This document shows, piece after piece, positions 41,885 to 53,161 of a DNA stretch of 64,000 bases. The stretch is from Methanomethylovorans hollandica DSM 15978 (GTDB lineage: Archaea; Halobacteriota; Methanosarcinia; Methanosarcinales; Methanosarcinaceae), in NCBI RefSeq assembly GCF_000328665.1, contig NC_019977.1, positions 1 through 64,000 on the forward strand, read 5' to 3'. Under the pieces are notes generated by a model. That model saw nothing but the letters and a program-made list of their open reading frames with translations, searched no databases and was not told where the DNA came from. The position numbers were made by a program, and so were the translations under genes. The first letter of the stretch is position 1. The number at the start of each line of letters is the position of its first letter.

Positions 41885-42918
41885 AGGAGACTGATTATGT
41901 CCGATTACACCCCTAAAGAAAGGCTTGCCCGTATTTTAACAGGGCAGAGCGTAGACCGTATGGCAGCTATTTCTGTCACGCAGACCGGTACCGTAGAACA
42001 AATGGAAGCTTGTGGCGCATTCTGGCCGCAGGCCAATGAAGATGCCCAGCTCATGGCAAATTTAGGCGAAGCTGGTCATACCGTTGTAGGTTTTGAAGCG
42101 GTACGTGTGCCCTTTGATATCACTGCTGAAGCTGAGTTCTTCGGCTGCCAGATCAAGGCAGGTACACAGGAACAACAGCCTTCTGTGGTAGGCCATGTGG
42201 TCAAGAGCGTTGATGACATAGCTAAATTGGAAGGTTACAGTCTGGACCACGGCAGGATAGGCGTTGTCTGTGAGGCTATTAAGATCCTGGCAGACAAGTA
42301 CGGTAAGGAATTACCCATCATTGGCAGTATGATAGGTCCTTTCTCCCTTGCCCAGCATTTGAACGGTGATGACTGGTTCATGAATATCTTTACAGATGAG
42401 AACCTTGGCTTGAAGCTTATGGAGTTCTCCACAGCTTTCAGTGTTGCATACGCAAAGAAGATGGTGGAGAACGGTGCTGATACTATGGTCATTATCGACC
42501 CAACAGCAAGTTACCAGCTGATTGGAGCTGAGTTCTATGAGAAGTTCGTAGTACCATTCCACAAGAAACTGGTAGATGCCATGAACGAGCTGAACGTGCC
42601 TACAGTACTCCACATCTGCGGTGATACCACAGCTGGTCTTGCACTCATGGAATCCAGTGGTGTGAACGCCATCAGTATCGATCAGAATGTAGATCCTGCA
42701 ACAGCCGTCAATGCAGTCAAAAAGGCATTGATAGTTGGTAACCTGGATCCTGTGAATGTGCTCTGGAACAAGACACCTGAGTTCATCAAAGAGAAATCAA
42801 AGGAAGTCCTTGATGCAGGGGTCGCATTGCTTGCACCAGGTTGTGGTATTGTCAGCAAGACACCCACAGTGAACCTGCAGGCAATGGTGGAAATGGCGAA
42901 GGCACATAAGTATTGAAC
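41885..42918. repeat. ~1.03 kb inverted duplication of mtbA (partner 7226-8259)
   Basis: Identity covers the SD (AGGAGACTGATT) and CDS only; a few synonymous differences. Confidence 0.93.
41897..42916 (+). CDS. mtbA: Methylcobamide:CoM methyltransferase (copy 2)
   Basis: Protein identical to 7228-8247. Confidence 0.93.
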   Translation: MSDYTPKERLARILTGQSVDRMAAISVTQTGTVEQMEACGAFWPQANEDAQLMANLGEAGHTVVGFEAVRVPFDITAEAEFFGCQIKAGTQEQQPSVVGHVVKSVDDIAKLEGYSLDHGRIGVVCEAIKILADKYGKELPIIGSMIGPFSLAQHLNGDDWFMNIFTDENLGLKLMEFSTAFSVAYAKKMVENGADTMVIIDPTASYQLIGAEFYEKFVVPFHKKLVDAMNELNVPTVLHICGDTTAGLALMESSGVNAISIDQNVDPATAVNAVKKALIVGNLDPVNVLWNKTPEFIKEKSKEVLDAGVALLAPGCGIVSKTPTVNLQAMVEMAKAHKY

Positions 42919-43036
42919 ATTTAATTTTAAATATTTGGTTTCTGGGGAAAAATGTATCTAGGCTTTCCCCATATTATTTTATTTTCATGGTAAATTCACT
43001 AAATTATATATACTCCAAATCTTAACTAAACCTCAA

Positions 43037-43975
43037 ATGTCCTCTCAGGAATATAATTTCTCAGATCTTACAGATCTTCATTCACTTCTCAAAAAGCAAG
43101 GTTATAATCTTGCAGGCAACCACTCGGCTGTGAAGACGTGTCTATGGCTTCGCAGGGCAATGAGAGAAGAAGGTAAATGCTACAAAGCTTCCTTCTATGG
43201 GATAGAATCCCATAGATGTCTCCAGATGACTCCGACTCTTATGTGCAACCAGAGATGCTTGCATTGCTGGCGTCCTGTAGAGGTAGACGCACCTGCACCT
43301 GAAGAGTGGGATTCTCCATCGGAAATAGTGGGGTCATGTATAAAATCTCAGAGAAAGTTAATATCAGGTTTTGGTGATGCTGATCGCAGGGAGCTATGGT
43401 TAGAGGGCAATGAACCCAGGCATGTTGCCATATCTCTATCAGGCGAGCCTACAATGTATCCTTATCTTCCAGAACTTGTGGAAGAGTTCAAAAATCAAGG
43501 ATTGACAACTTTTGTGGTCAGCAATGGGACTAACCCTGAAATGATGCGTCTTATAGATCCTTCACAGCTTTATATGAGCCTGGATGCACCTAATGAAGAA
43601 ACCTATAATAAGGTATGTCGGCCCAGATCCACTCAATTATGGAACAAACTGAACGAGTCTCTTGAAATATTGAAAAACAAAGAGACAAGAACAGTAATAC
43701 GCATCACTCTGATAAAGGGAGTTAATATGTTCCAACCACAAGGTTATGCTGATCTAATAAGGAAAGCTTCTCCAGACTATGTGGAGGTAAAGGCTTATAT
43801 GCATCTGGGTTTTTCAAGGAATCGTCTTCCAAGGGAGGCAATGCCATCACATGAGGAAGTTTTGAATTTCTCCAGGCAAATTGCGGATTATCTGGGTTAT
43901 GTAGTTGCTGATGATGTTGAGATCAGCAGGGTAGTATTGCTTTCAAGAGATGGTTATGTTTCTTTTCTCAAATAG
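43037..43975 (+). CDS. taw1: 4-demethylwyosine synthase (TYW1/Taw1, radical SAM)
   Basis: HSAVKTCLW, CYKASFYGIESHRC, CNQRCLHCWR, SLSGEPT, EVKAYMHLG. Confidence 0.93.
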   Translation: MSSQEYNFSDLTDLHSLLKKQGYNLAGNHSAVKTCLWLRRAMREEGKCYKASFYGIESHRCLQMTPTLMCNQRCLHCWRPVEVDAPAPEEWDSPSEIVGSCIKSQRKLISGFGDADRRELWLEGNEPRHVAISLSGEPTMYPYLPELVEEFKNQGLTTFVVSNGTNPEMMRLIDPSQLYMSLDAPNEETYNKVCRPRSTQLWNKLNESLEILKNKETRTVIRITLIKGVNMFQPQGYADLIRKASPDYVEVKAYMHLGFSRNRLPREAMPSHEEVLNFSRQIADYLGYVVADDVEISRVVLLSRDGYVSFLK

Positions 43976-44099
43976 CATCTATGTATCTTTCGACTGGTAA
44001 CAATACCTGTCATAATCTATATTTATCACTAGACCTACATAAAGACAAATTCTAAATTGATATTATCTGATTTCAATCTTATCACGGAGTATTTACAAA

Positions 44100-45344
44100 A
44101 TGACAGAACAATCTGCTCATAAGAAGTATGAATTCAAAAAGAAACTTGAGGAACTCAGGATCAAGAAAGGTCGTGGGACAGAACTCATTTCTCTATATAT
44201 TCCCCCCGACAAGCAAATATCTGATATTACCTCACAGCTCAAAGGAGAACATGGCCAGGCGGCAAACATTAAGTCTAAAATCACAAAGGACAATGTGCAG
44301 GGTGCTATAGAGTCCTTGCTTGCAAGGCTCAGATATGTCGAAGTTCCGGAAAATGGTATTGTTTTCTTTACAGGTGCTGTTGATATCGGTGCTAACAAGA
44401 CTAATATGGAAACCACTATTGTAGAACCTCCTCAGCCAATTGTGACATACAGGTACCACTGTGACTCTAGTTTTTATCTCGAGCCCCTTGAAGAAATGCT
44501 CAAGGATGCAAAGACCTATGGACTGCTGGTGCTGGATAGGCGTGAGGCAGCCGTGGGCTTGCTCGTGGGAAAGCATATAGAGGCTCATAGAACCCTAACT
44601 TCCACTGTACCCGGTAAACAGAGAAAAGGTGGTCAGAGTGCCCATAGATTCCAGCAGTTGAGGCTCATTGCTATTCATGATTTCTACAAACGTATAGGAG
44701 ATGCTGCAAGTGACGTGTTCATGGCAGTGGACCAGAAGAATTTCGAAGGTATACTTATAGGTGGTCCTTCTCCCACCAAAGAAGAGTTTGAATCAGGAGA
44801 GTTCCTGCACCATGAGATGAGGAAAAAGATGCTTGGTCTTTTTGATGTTGCCTACACAGATGAATCCGGTCTTCCGGAGCTTGTCAACGCAGCAAGCGAA
44901 AAATTATCGGATATAGATCTCATTGCCGAAAAAAAACTTATCCAGCGTTTCTTCACAGAATTGGTTTCCGATTCAGGTAAAGCAGCTTACGGAGAAGAGT
45001 CTGTCAGGGCTAATCTCAACATCGGTGCAGTGGAAGTTCTCCTGATATCTGAAGATCTGAGGGCAGAACGATTGACGATCCGATGTCCAAATGGGGACCA
45101 TGAGGCAAAACTGACAAAAGACTTCAAGCCCGGAGAGGACAATTTTGTCCCTGGACCTTGTCCTGTTTGTGGTTATTCCATGGAAGTCATTGAAAAGGTG
45201 GATATTGTGGACGAACTTTCTGAGATGGCGGATCAGATGAACACTCAGGTGGAATTCATTTCAACTGACTTTGATGAAGGTTCACAACTTATGAATGCCT
45301 TTGGTGGTCTGGTTGCTATATTAAGGTTTAATACGGGTGTATAA
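44100..45344 (+). CDS. prf1: Peptide chain release factor aRF1
   Basis: GRGTELISLY, NIKS, YxCxxxF and GGQS motifs. Confidence 0.96.
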   Translation: MTEQSAHKKYEFKKKLEELRIKKGRGTELISLYIPPDKQISDITSQLKGEHGQAANIKSKITKDNVQGAIESLLARLRYVEVPENGIVFFTGAVDIGANKTNMETTIVEPPQPIVTYRYHCDSSFYLEPLEEMLKDAKTYGLLVLDRREAAVGLLVGKHIEAHRTLTSTVPGKQRKGGQSAHRFQQLRLIAIHDFYKRIGDAASDVFMAVDQKNFEGILIGGPSPTKEEFESGEFLHHEMRKKMLGLFDVAYTDESGLPELVNAASEKLSDIDLIAEKKLIQRFFTELVSDSGKAAYGEESVRANLNIGAVEVLLISEDLRAERLTIRCPNGDHEAKLTKDFKPGEDNFVPGPCPVCGYSMEVIEKVDIVDELSEMADQMNTQVEFISTDFDEGSQLMNAFGGLVAILRFNTGV

Positions 45345-45358
45345 AGCGGGTGGTATTT

Positions 45359-47062
45359 ATGTATCTGGATTTCAGAGAACAGGTTGAAACATTATTAAAT
45401 GAAACTCTTTTCCAGCTTGGGATAGAAGCTGCAGACCTTGACCTTGAGTCATCCAGGCATGCGGATCTGGCCTCAAAAGTTGCTTTCAGGATCGCATCCA
45501 GGGAAAAGAAGAATCCAAAAGAGTTAGCAGAAACAATAGTTAAGGCCGCTGATATCAAGAAATTTCCACTGATCGGTGAAATGCGGGCTATGGGTCCATA
45601 TATTAATATAAGCACTTCCAGGAACTATATAGAAGAAACATTTTCAAGAATAAGGACTGAAGGTGCATCTTTTGGAGGAGGTTTCTCTGAAGGTCGAATC
45701 CTTCTTGAACATACTTCTGCTAACCCCAATGGTCCATTGCATGTGGGCCATATAAGGAACTCTGTCATTGGTGACACTTTAGTACGGATTCTCAGGAAAG
45801 CGGGTTATGATGTTGAAACCCAATACTATGTGAACGATATGGGACGTCAGATAGCTATTGTTTCCTGGGCCCTTTCGCATTTTGAGTTCGACACATCAAA
45901 AAAGTCTGATCATTCCATAGCAGATGTTTACATTAAGGCCAACGCGAATCTTGGAGATGATCCCGAAAAGGTGGCAGAGATAGACAGGCTTATGCAGCTG
46001 GTGGAAAGAGGGGATGAGGCTACAATTAAAAGCTTTAGTGAAGCTGTTTCCTTCGCCCTTGAAGGCATCAAAGCAACTCTTTTACGCATGAACATACACC
46101 ATGATAGTTTCCCTTATGAATCGACTTTTGTAAGGTCCGGTGCTGTTAAAAGGATGATCGAGGAGATAAAAGCTACCGGTCGTACAACTGTAGATGACGG
46201 AGCTCTTGTATTGGATCTGGAGGATTATGGCTTTGAGAAGAAACTGGTGGTGCAGCGTTCAGATGGTACTTCTCTATACTCAACAAGGGATCTGGCATAC
46301 CATGAGTGGAAAGGCGAAAGAGCTGACCGTATGATCAATATTCTGGGAGCTGATCACAAACTAATTTCAGGCCAGTTAAAGGCCACTCTTAATCTTCTGG
46401 AAAAACCTGAACCAGAAGTGGTCATCTTTGAGTTCGTTTCTTTGCCCGAGGGTTCCATGAGTACCCGCAGAGGCAAATTCATTTCTGCAGATGAGTTGTT
46501 AGATCAGGTGGAAGAACAGGCTTTTATTGAAGTTGACATGCGCAGGCCGGAGATGCCCGAGGATTTCAAAAAGAAAGTAGCCAGGATGGTTGGCATTGGT
46601 GCTGTCAGATATGATGTTATCCGTGTGTCACCGGAGAAATCTACGGTGTTCAACTGGAAAGAGGCACTTGACTTCGAAAAACAAGGTGCACCGTTCATCC
46701 AGTATTCACATGCCAGAGCATGCAGTATATTGAAAAAAGCTCATGAAGAAGGGCTATGGAATGAGGCTTTTGATACCGATCCCTCAATGCTTGTAGAGGA
46801 TACGGAAGTGGAATTGATCAAGAAAATGGCTGTTTTTGATAGTATCATAGAGCAGTGTGCAAGGGAGTTGAAACCACATACAATGGCCATATATGCAAGG
46901 GAGCTTGCTGAAGCTTTCAACCAGTTCTATCGTTTCGTACCTGTGATCAATATCGATGATGCAAAATTAAGAGCCACAAGGCTTGGGTTGGTGGAATGCG
47001 CACGCATTACATTGGCGAGTTCATTAGAGACCCTGGGTATCGATGCCCCAGAGTCCATGTGA
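45359..47062 (+). CDS. argS: Arginyl-tRNA synthetase
   Basis: EHTSANPNGPLHVGH, YYVNDMGRQ, MSTRRG, QYSHARACS. Confidence 0.96.
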   Translation: MYLDFREQVETLLNETLFQLGIEAADLDLESSRHADLASKVAFRIASREKKNPKELAETIVKAADIKKFPLIGEMRAMGPYINISTSRNYIEETFSRIRTEGASFGGGFSEGRILLEHTSANPNGPLHVGHIRNSVIGDTLVRILRKAGYDVETQYYVNDMGRQIAIVSWALSHFEFDTSKKSDHSIADVYIKANANLGDDPEKVAEIDRLMQLVERGDEATIKSFSEAVSFALEGIKATLLRMNIHHDSFPYESTFVRSGAVKRMIEEIKATGRTTVDDGALVLDLEDYGFEKKLVVQRSDGTSLYSTRDLAYHEWKGERADRMINILGADHKLISGQLKATLNLLEKPEPEVVIFEFVSLPEGSMSTRRGKFISADELLDQVEEQAFIEVDMRRPEMPEDFKKKVARMVGIGAVRYDVIRVSPEKSTVFNWKEALDFEKQGAPFIQYSHARACSILKKAHEEGLWNEAFDTDPSMLVEDTEVELIKKMAVFDSIIEQCARELKPHTMAIYARELAEAFNQFYRFVPVINIDDAKLRATRLGLVECARITLASSLETLGIDAPESM

Positions 47063-47393
47063 ATTTTGATAATGGTATTTAAATATAGTTGTATGGTATG
47101 AACTCTTGTATTTGTTAATGAATTGCCCAAAATATAAGAATTCTAATAACAGAAAGAATGATGTGGTCACTGGCTATCAATGATATAAATGTCATTATTG
47201 TGGCCATGACTATTCAGCAGAGACTTTGCAAACTCTATATTGAAATGCTAAATGGCTCTACTCTTTTTTTAATGGATTAAGAAACAAAAAGCTAGCTATA
47301 TTTAGTTAACAGCACCAGAATATGCACTGTTATTTAATAGTCATGGCTTGAACTGATCATCTCTCAAAATTACTTTTTAATTCTGCTGGTACA

Positions 47394-48302
47394 TCAGCCA
47401 TCTGTACTAGTTAGGTCTACTCCCATAAGTCCAAGGAACACTTCTTCTAAAGCAGGCTCCATAGTGCGCATTTCAATTATCCTGCCACGTTTTCTCACTA
47501 CACGTCCTGTGATCTCATTGACGGTACCCATATCTGCTGTCACAAGTACGAACCTGTCCTGCAGACGTTTCACACCTTCGATACAAAGATCAGCATGGTC
47601 ATCGACTATGAACTCCAACCTGTAAAGTATCTTAGAATGATTCTTACGTATCTCTGCGGATGAGCCCAGTATAACCTGTCTTCCATCCTTTATTATGAGA
47701 ATACGGTCACATAGCTTCTCCATTTGATATAGGTTATGTGCACTGAAAATAATGGTCTTTCCGTTTTTCTTGAGTGACCTTATGTATTCTGTTATGAATC
47801 TGGAGGTCATAGGGTCAAGCCCCGAACCTGGTTCATCATAGATAAGAAGTTCCGGGTCATTGATAAGGGACCTTGCGATAGCAACCTTACGGCGCATACC
47901 TTTGGAAAAATCGCCAATTCGTTTGCATGCTGCATTAAGTGAAAGGTCTTTGAGCAAAGAATTGATCCTTTTTCTGGCAACATGTTTCTCCACATCATAT
48001 AGTTCACTGAAGAAGAGTAAGTAATCTTCCACATACATGCTTTCATAGAGGGGAGATTCTTCTGGCAAGAATCCAATTATGGACTTTACTCCCACAGGAT
48101 TCACTGATATATCGATATCTTTTATCTGTATGCTGCCTGCCGTAGGATGTACCAGGCAGCTTAGCATTTTCAGGGTAGTGGTCTTACCTGCGCCATTGGG
48201 ACCTACAATGCCAAATATCTCTCCTTTTTCCACATTAAAACTTAACCTGTCTACAGCAACAAATTCACCGTATTCCTTTCTCAAGCCGTTAACTTCTATC
48301 AT
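47394..48302 (-). CDS. ABC-2 type transporter ATP-binding subunit
   Basis: GPNGAGKTT, FSKGM signature, YDEP, H-loop. Confidence 0.92.
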   Translation of the reverse strand: MIEVNGLRKEYGEFVAVDRLSFNVEKGEIFGIVGPNGAGKTTTLKMLSCLVHPTAGSIQIKDIDISVNPVGVKSIIGFLPEESPLYESMYVEDYLLFFSELYDVEKHVARKRINSLLKDLSLNAACKRIGDFSKGMRRKVAIARSLINDPELLIYDEPGSGLDPMTSRFITEYIRSLKKNGKTIIFSAHNLYQMEKLCDRILIIKDGRQVILGSSAEIRKNHSKILYRLEFIVDDHADLCIEGVKRLQDRFVLVTADMGTVNEITGRVVRKRGRIIEMRTMEPALEEVFLGLMGVDLTSTDG

Positions 48303-48434
48303 GTGTACATATATAATAATAAGTTAAATTATATATAATTACTTGACATTATCAACTAGTAGCTGTTCTTCATATGAATCAGCCAGCACAATTATTCCAT
48401 AGATATTAATATAATAAATTTATTATATATTATA

Positions 48435-50207
48435 ATGCCAGGCTGGTATACTGTTGCCAAATGGGAATTGATCAGGTCGGGAATGAAGTTCAGCCGCAGG
48501 TCTATAGTTGCAGTCCTGCTCACGCTACTGCTGCTCTCAGGCGTATCTTATGCAGTATCTCTTACAGGCATGAATCTTGACCAGAAGATATACAGTGTGG
48601 TCACTTCTTCTTCGGAACTGAGCAATATTATCTACAATGATGGCAGATTCGATGTATTGCCTGCAGACAGCAAGGATGCCGATATAACTATCGTTGATGA
48701 TCGTGCCTATATTTCAGGCACAAAAAAATCAATTGCAGCTGCAGATGCATTGGAAAAGGTATTCATCAATTACAGAGAAACTGTCCTTTCATCATACAAC
48801 GATATCAATAACAGCCATACGATATGGATTACCATCCATGACCTTGAAAGGCCTGAGAGTTTTCAGGTACTGGGAAGTACTACTAAGAAGAATGATCAGT
48901 CATCAGATGCCGGGAACGAGAACACTGATGGCTCCGGAGAAAATAAAAGAACCTCAACAGCAGGAAAACGTGCTTCAACCATTACCTCACCTGAGGAACT
49001 GGAAGATCTGGAAAACAGTAATTCTAAAACACTATTTGAGAGGCAGACCATTGCCACACCTTCCAATTTCACTCCACCCATACCTTTTACAGCGATACTA
49101 TACTCTTTCCTTTTCATATTTCCGATATACTTTGTATCCCAGTTCTATTCTTCCAGTATAATGGAAGAAAGGACGAACCGCAGATGTGAACTGCTACTTG
49201 TGGCACCGCTTAAAAGCAGGGATATAGTGCTTGGAAAAAGCATGCCGTACATACTCGTTGCTCTGCTTTTGCTATCTATTATCTCCCTTTACATAGAAAG
49301 ACCATCAGACATTCGGGAATTGAGAACATCCCTTGCAATGATAGCAGTGATATTTCCGGTGTTGTTGCTGTTCTTTTCATTATCCTTCATAGCAGCTATA
49401 TTTTCCCGCAGTTTCAAAGAACTGACATTTGCCATGGTGTTCTTCTCAGTGATCGTTTCAGGATACGTATTCTTTCCTGCGATGTTCGCAAATGTACATA
49501 CAGTGAGCTCCATATCCCCAATGACGCTCATAGTGAACCTGATTGAAAAGGGAAATATAAGCTTTGGAAAGTATATCTTCTCCACGCTACCTTTTTATCT
49601 TGTTGCATTGAGCATCTATGGATTTGGTACGGCTATCTTCAGGGAAGAGGATCTTTTCAGCCAGAAGACCATACCCGAAAAAATAATGGATTGTGTGGAA
49701 ATCTTTCTGTTATCGCCTTTGGGATCTGTATTTTCCCTCAGTATCGTATCCATTCCTTTTGTGTACATGGCTCAATTGATGCTGATAGTCATGCTCTTCA
49801 ATCTGCCACTTCCTTATTCAGTGATCACAATGATAATATTCGCAGCTTTCGTGGAGGAAACAGCAAAATCCATAGGTATCTACACTATCATGAAAAGGGG
49901 ATCGAAACCCGTGAAGCTGAAAACTGCCGGATCACTTGCATTGCTTGCAGGAGGTGGCTTCTTCTTTGGAGAGAAACTCGTATCTGTGATCACTCTTGCA
50001 CCCATTGCCTCCTCAGCATTCGGCTCAGTAATGACCATGGGTACATTGCTCCTGATACCTCTCTTATTACATGTGACAACGACGATGGTCACTTCTCTTG
50101 GAATGCATTTTACAGGCCACAGATACTATGTGTTTTTCCTGTTATTGGCAACTGCAATACATACAATTTATAATACATACATAATCAGGGGGCTTCTTTT
50201 TAGCTGA
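48435..50207 (+). CDS. ABC-2 permease with C-terminal PrsW-like intramembrane protease domain
   Basis: EERTNRRCELLLVAP...GK permease motif; C-terminal VEETAK, GFFFGE, LLH and IHTIYN. Confidence 0.75.
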   Translation: MPGWYTVAKWELIRSGMKFSRRSIVAVLLTLLLLSGVSYAVSLTGMNLDQKIYSVVTSSSELSNIIYNDGRFDVLPADSKDADITIVDDRAYISGTKKSIAAADALEKVFINYRETVLSSYNDINNSHTIWITIHDLERPESFQVLGSTTKKNDQSSDAGNENTDGSGENKRTSTAGKRASTITSPEELEDLENSNSKTLFERQTIATPSNFTPPIPFTAILYSFLFIFPIYFVSQFYSSSIMEERTNRRCELLLVAPLKSRDIVLGKSMPYILVALLLLSIISLYIERPSDIRELRTSLAMIAVIFPVLLLFFSLSFIAAIFSRSFKELTFAMVFFSVIVSGYVFFPAMFANVHTVSSISPMTLIVNLIEKGNISFGKYIFSTLPFYLVALSIYGFGTAIFREEDLFSQKTIPEKIMDCVEIFLLSPLGSVFSLSIVSIPFVYMAQLMLIVMLFNLPLPYSVITMIIFAAFVEETAKSIGIYTIMKRGSKPVKLKTAGSLALLAGGGFFFGEKLVSVITLAPIASSAFGSVMTMGTLLLIPLLLHVTTTMVTSLGMHFTGHRYYVFFLLLATAIHTIYNTYIIRGLLFS

Positions 50208-50214
50208 AGCAAAA

Positions 50215-51300
50215 GTGCACCCTAAAAAGATCATGTCTATCTCCAGGAGGGAATATAAAGCACTACTGCTTGAAAAGACATTCGTCCTTTCCTTGCTTGT
50301 GCAACTGTTCATTGCTTCCTTTTCTGTATTCCTCGTTGTAGGCCTTACATCCTTCTATGATCCTATGGCTCTGCAAGGCATGCAAATGAAAGAATCAAAG
50401 ATAGGGGTCATTGGAGACAGCGGGGGAGAACTTTTCAAGCTAATGGAAATAAGAGATCTGGAACCTGTGCAGTATGCAGATTTCGGGGTAGCATATAATG
50501 ATTTCTATGACAGGGAGATAGACGCCATCATTAACATACCTAACGAAACGGCCGAAGGCAATGATCTGATCAATCTGGATATATATCTGCCCAGATCCGA
50601 ACTCAAAGCAACCATCGTTTCGCTGCAGTTGAAAAAGCCTCTTGAGAAATTCGAGCAAAGTGTAAGGAGTGTAAGAACTATGAGACTTGATGGTTACACG
50701 CCTCTTGATATCCAGATAATCCGGGGTAATAGAGGTTCTTCTTCCAGCAAGTTGGAGTTCATCTACGTGGCACTTCTGCCATTACTTATGTTCACTCCGG
50801 CTTTCATATCAGGGGGGCTTGTTATTGATATGATCACCGAAGAGTTCGAACGCAAAACGTTGGAGCTGTTGCTTGCTTCGCCGGTGTCCCTGCTTGATGT
50901 AGTGGGAGGGAAAACACTGATGGTTACTGCCATCGCACCTGTGCAATCATTGGCGTGGATGTTACTGCTGGGACTTAATGGTATACAGATCAATAACTTT
51001 ACTGAAATACTGCTTTTAGTTACTATGATATCCCTGATACTGGTAACTGCAGGGAGCATGATAGCTGTCCTGTGTAAAGAGAGAGGGACAGCCCAGTTGT
51101 TCTATTCGCTTGTACTGATATTGTTGTTCATGTCATCATACCTGTACACCAACTCACCACTTAATCTTGTTTCAAGGCTTGCACTTGACAGTATACGAGG
51201 TCTGGAAGCTTTTATCTGGACTACAGGATACATGTGCTTTGCTCTCCTATTGCTGTGGCTGCTGACCATGGTAGTAAAAAAAGAACAGATGAAGGTATGA
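50215..51300 (+). CDS. ABC-2 permease
   Basis: TEEFERKTLELLLASP...GGK motif, multiple TM segments. Confidence 0.85.
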   Translation: MHPKKIMSISRREYKALLLEKTFVLSLLVQLFIASFSVFLVVGLTSFYDPMALQGMQMKESKIGVIGDSGGELFKLMEIRDLEPVQYADFGVAYNDFYDREIDAIINIPNETAEGNDLINLDIYLPRSELKATIVSLQLKKPLEKFEQSVRSVRTMRLDGYTPLDIQIIRGNRGSSSSKLEFIYVALLPLLMFTPAFISGGLVIDMITEEFERKTLELLLASPVSLLDVVGGKTLMVTAIAPVQSLAWMLLLGLNGIQINNFTEILLLVTMISLILVTAGSMIAVLCKERGTAQLFYSLVLILLFMSSYLYTNSPLNLVSRLALDSIRGLEAFIWTTGYMCFALLLLWLLTMVVKKEQMKV

Positions 51301-51301
51301 T

Positions 51302-53110
51302 ATGAAAAGAACGATACATGTCCTTTTCAGTTCCTTTATGATAATATTGCTGGTTTCGATCTATCCTGCCAGTGCATATGATTTCCAGCATGAGGATATC
51401 TGGGTGTATATGGGAAGTTTTGAGCTTGGAACAGGAGAGAAGGCTAGCATTGAACGATACACCCTGAAGATCTATAGCCTTGACCAGAACACTACAGAAA
51501 CATCTGCTGTTATCCTTGTATACAAGAATGGTGACTTCAAAAAAGCCTATTATGTAGATGCTGGTCCCAACAGCCAGAGAGTATATGACAATGACCTTAA
51601 GATCGAAGTAGTCGGAATTAATGCAGGCAAAGTTTCGTTCATTGTGTATAAACATGAATTTGAAAAGGTATGGATGCTTTCCACTCCTAAAATTTCGTTG
51701 TCTATGGGAGATGTGGTCCGTGATGGAGTATATACACTTTCATTAACAAACATTTCCAGCAAAGAAGTAAACATTGCTGTTGTATCTCCATCCGGGAAAT
51801 ATGAGAATGTATTTACTTTGAGGGACTACAAAAGATATGACAATGCATTTATGGTCAGGCTGGTCTATATCGACATAGCCAGATCACAGGCATTCATTGA
51901 AACCTACAGACCTGGAAAACCGAATGTAGAGGCAATTATCTCTCCTTCAAAGAATACTTTTGAGGCCGATGAGCCTGTTTCCTGCATTCTGAGACTTACC
52001 AACAATGGTACTTTAGCTTTGAGGGACATAAAAATAGATAATAAGGCCAGTGAAGGTGTGTTTACAGAGCCAAGAATTTCATTGGAAACACTGGCACCAA
52101 TGCAAACAGTGACTTTATTCACGGGTCTTGAGATCCCTGTAGCTGCAACAGGCAAGTCTATATCAGTCACCACAGAAGTATCAGGAGGGGATTATTCGGG
52201 GAATGCATATTATGCAACCGATACGAATGAGTTCTTTATGGATCCCTATATTTCCATGGTCAAGGAGGTCCTTGGGAATAAAGGTCCTTCTGGAAGAACT
52301 ATTGTTCCTGTAAATGAACAGCTGAAAGTGCGCCTGGAGCTGAAGAATATGAACACTATTCCCGTAGCATTAAAGATTACAGACAGGTTACCCGAGTCTT
52401 TCAGTTTGCAGGATACAGATAAACTTGAATGGGAAATGCAAGTAGATCCACATGCTACGAATGAGGTAACTTACATTGTTACCCCAAACTTTCCCGGTAA
52501 TTTCACATTGGGAAATGCCGTTGCCACCTGGGAGGATAATGGCGATCTGTATGAAGTAACTTCTGCTGCACCAGAGATACTGGTAAACGGGTCCTGTGTG
52601 ATGCCTGATAAAACCGTGAGTAGCAGATATGCAATGGAAGGAGTGATAATTACTGTGGCCTTGCAGGTATCGAATATTGGTGAGAGTGAAGTTAAATTCC
52701 ATGTACACGACGATCTGCCCACGGAAGCTGATCTTGTCAGCGGCAACCTGCAGTGGTCGGGTAAACTTGCTCCAGGAGAAGCGGCCTTGCAGAGCTATGA
52801 TATTATGTTTACAGAAGCAGGAGAATACACATTGCCTGAATTTAAGATGGAATATACTGATATGCAGATGAAGGAAATGACAGTTTACTCGAACCCTGTA
52901 GAAATGTACGTTGACAGGAAAGTTGCGTCTGAAGACTTTGATGAATATGGAGCTGACAGGATAACATCTGTTGCAAACGGGCAGCAACCCAGGGAACTTA
53001 CAAAAACACAGGCTGCAGGCTTCCTTGTGTCTTCTTTTTTGAGTTTGTTATGCATTGTAGCATTGATACCTATAGCAGTACTTTTTTTATTAAGGAAAGT
53101 ATATAATTAA
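51302..53110 (+). CDS. Surface protein with Ig-like/S-layer-type domains
   Basis: Signal peptide, repeated beta-rich modules (V.L.L.N...I.D.LP), C-terminal TM anchor. Confidence 0.7.
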   Translation: MKRTIHVLFSSFMIILLVSIYPASAYDFQHEDIWVYMGSFELGTGEKASIERYTLKIYSLDQNTTETSAVILVYKNGDFKKAYYVDAGPNSQRVYDNDLKIEVVGINAGKVSFIVYKHEFEKVWMLSTPKISLSMGDVVRDGVYTLSLTNISSKEVNIAVVSPSGKYENVFTLRDYKRYDNAFMVRLVYIDIARSQAFIETYRPGKPNVEAIISPSKNTFEADEPVSCILRLTNNGTLALRDIKIDNKASEGVFTEPRISLETLAPMQTVTLFTGLEIPVAATGKSISVTTEVSGGDYSGNAYYATDTNEFFMDPYISMVKEVLGNKGPSGRTIVPVNEQLKVRLELKNMNTIPVALKITDRLPESFSLQDTDKLEWEMQVDPHATNEVTYIVTPNFPGNFTLGNAVATWEDNGDLYEVTSAAPEILVNGSCVMPDKTVSSRYAMEGVIITVALQVSNIGESEVKFHVHDDLPTEADLVSGNLQWSGKLAPGEAALQSYDIMFTEAGEYTLPEFKMEYTDMQMKEMTVYSNPVEMYVDRKVASEDFDEYGADRITSVANGQQPRELTKTQAAGFLVSSFLSLLCIVALIPIAVLFLLRKVYN

Positions 53111-53161
53111 TAAATTAATAATATTGTTCACGTCTTTTGATAAATAAACTATGAGGATATC

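Noticed and set aside
44100..45344. aRF1 placed near the pyl island as a dedicated Pyl adaptation
   Set aside because: NIKS, YxCxxxF and GGQ motifs are canonical and the gene sits in a housekeeping run with argS. Proximity alone is not evidence.
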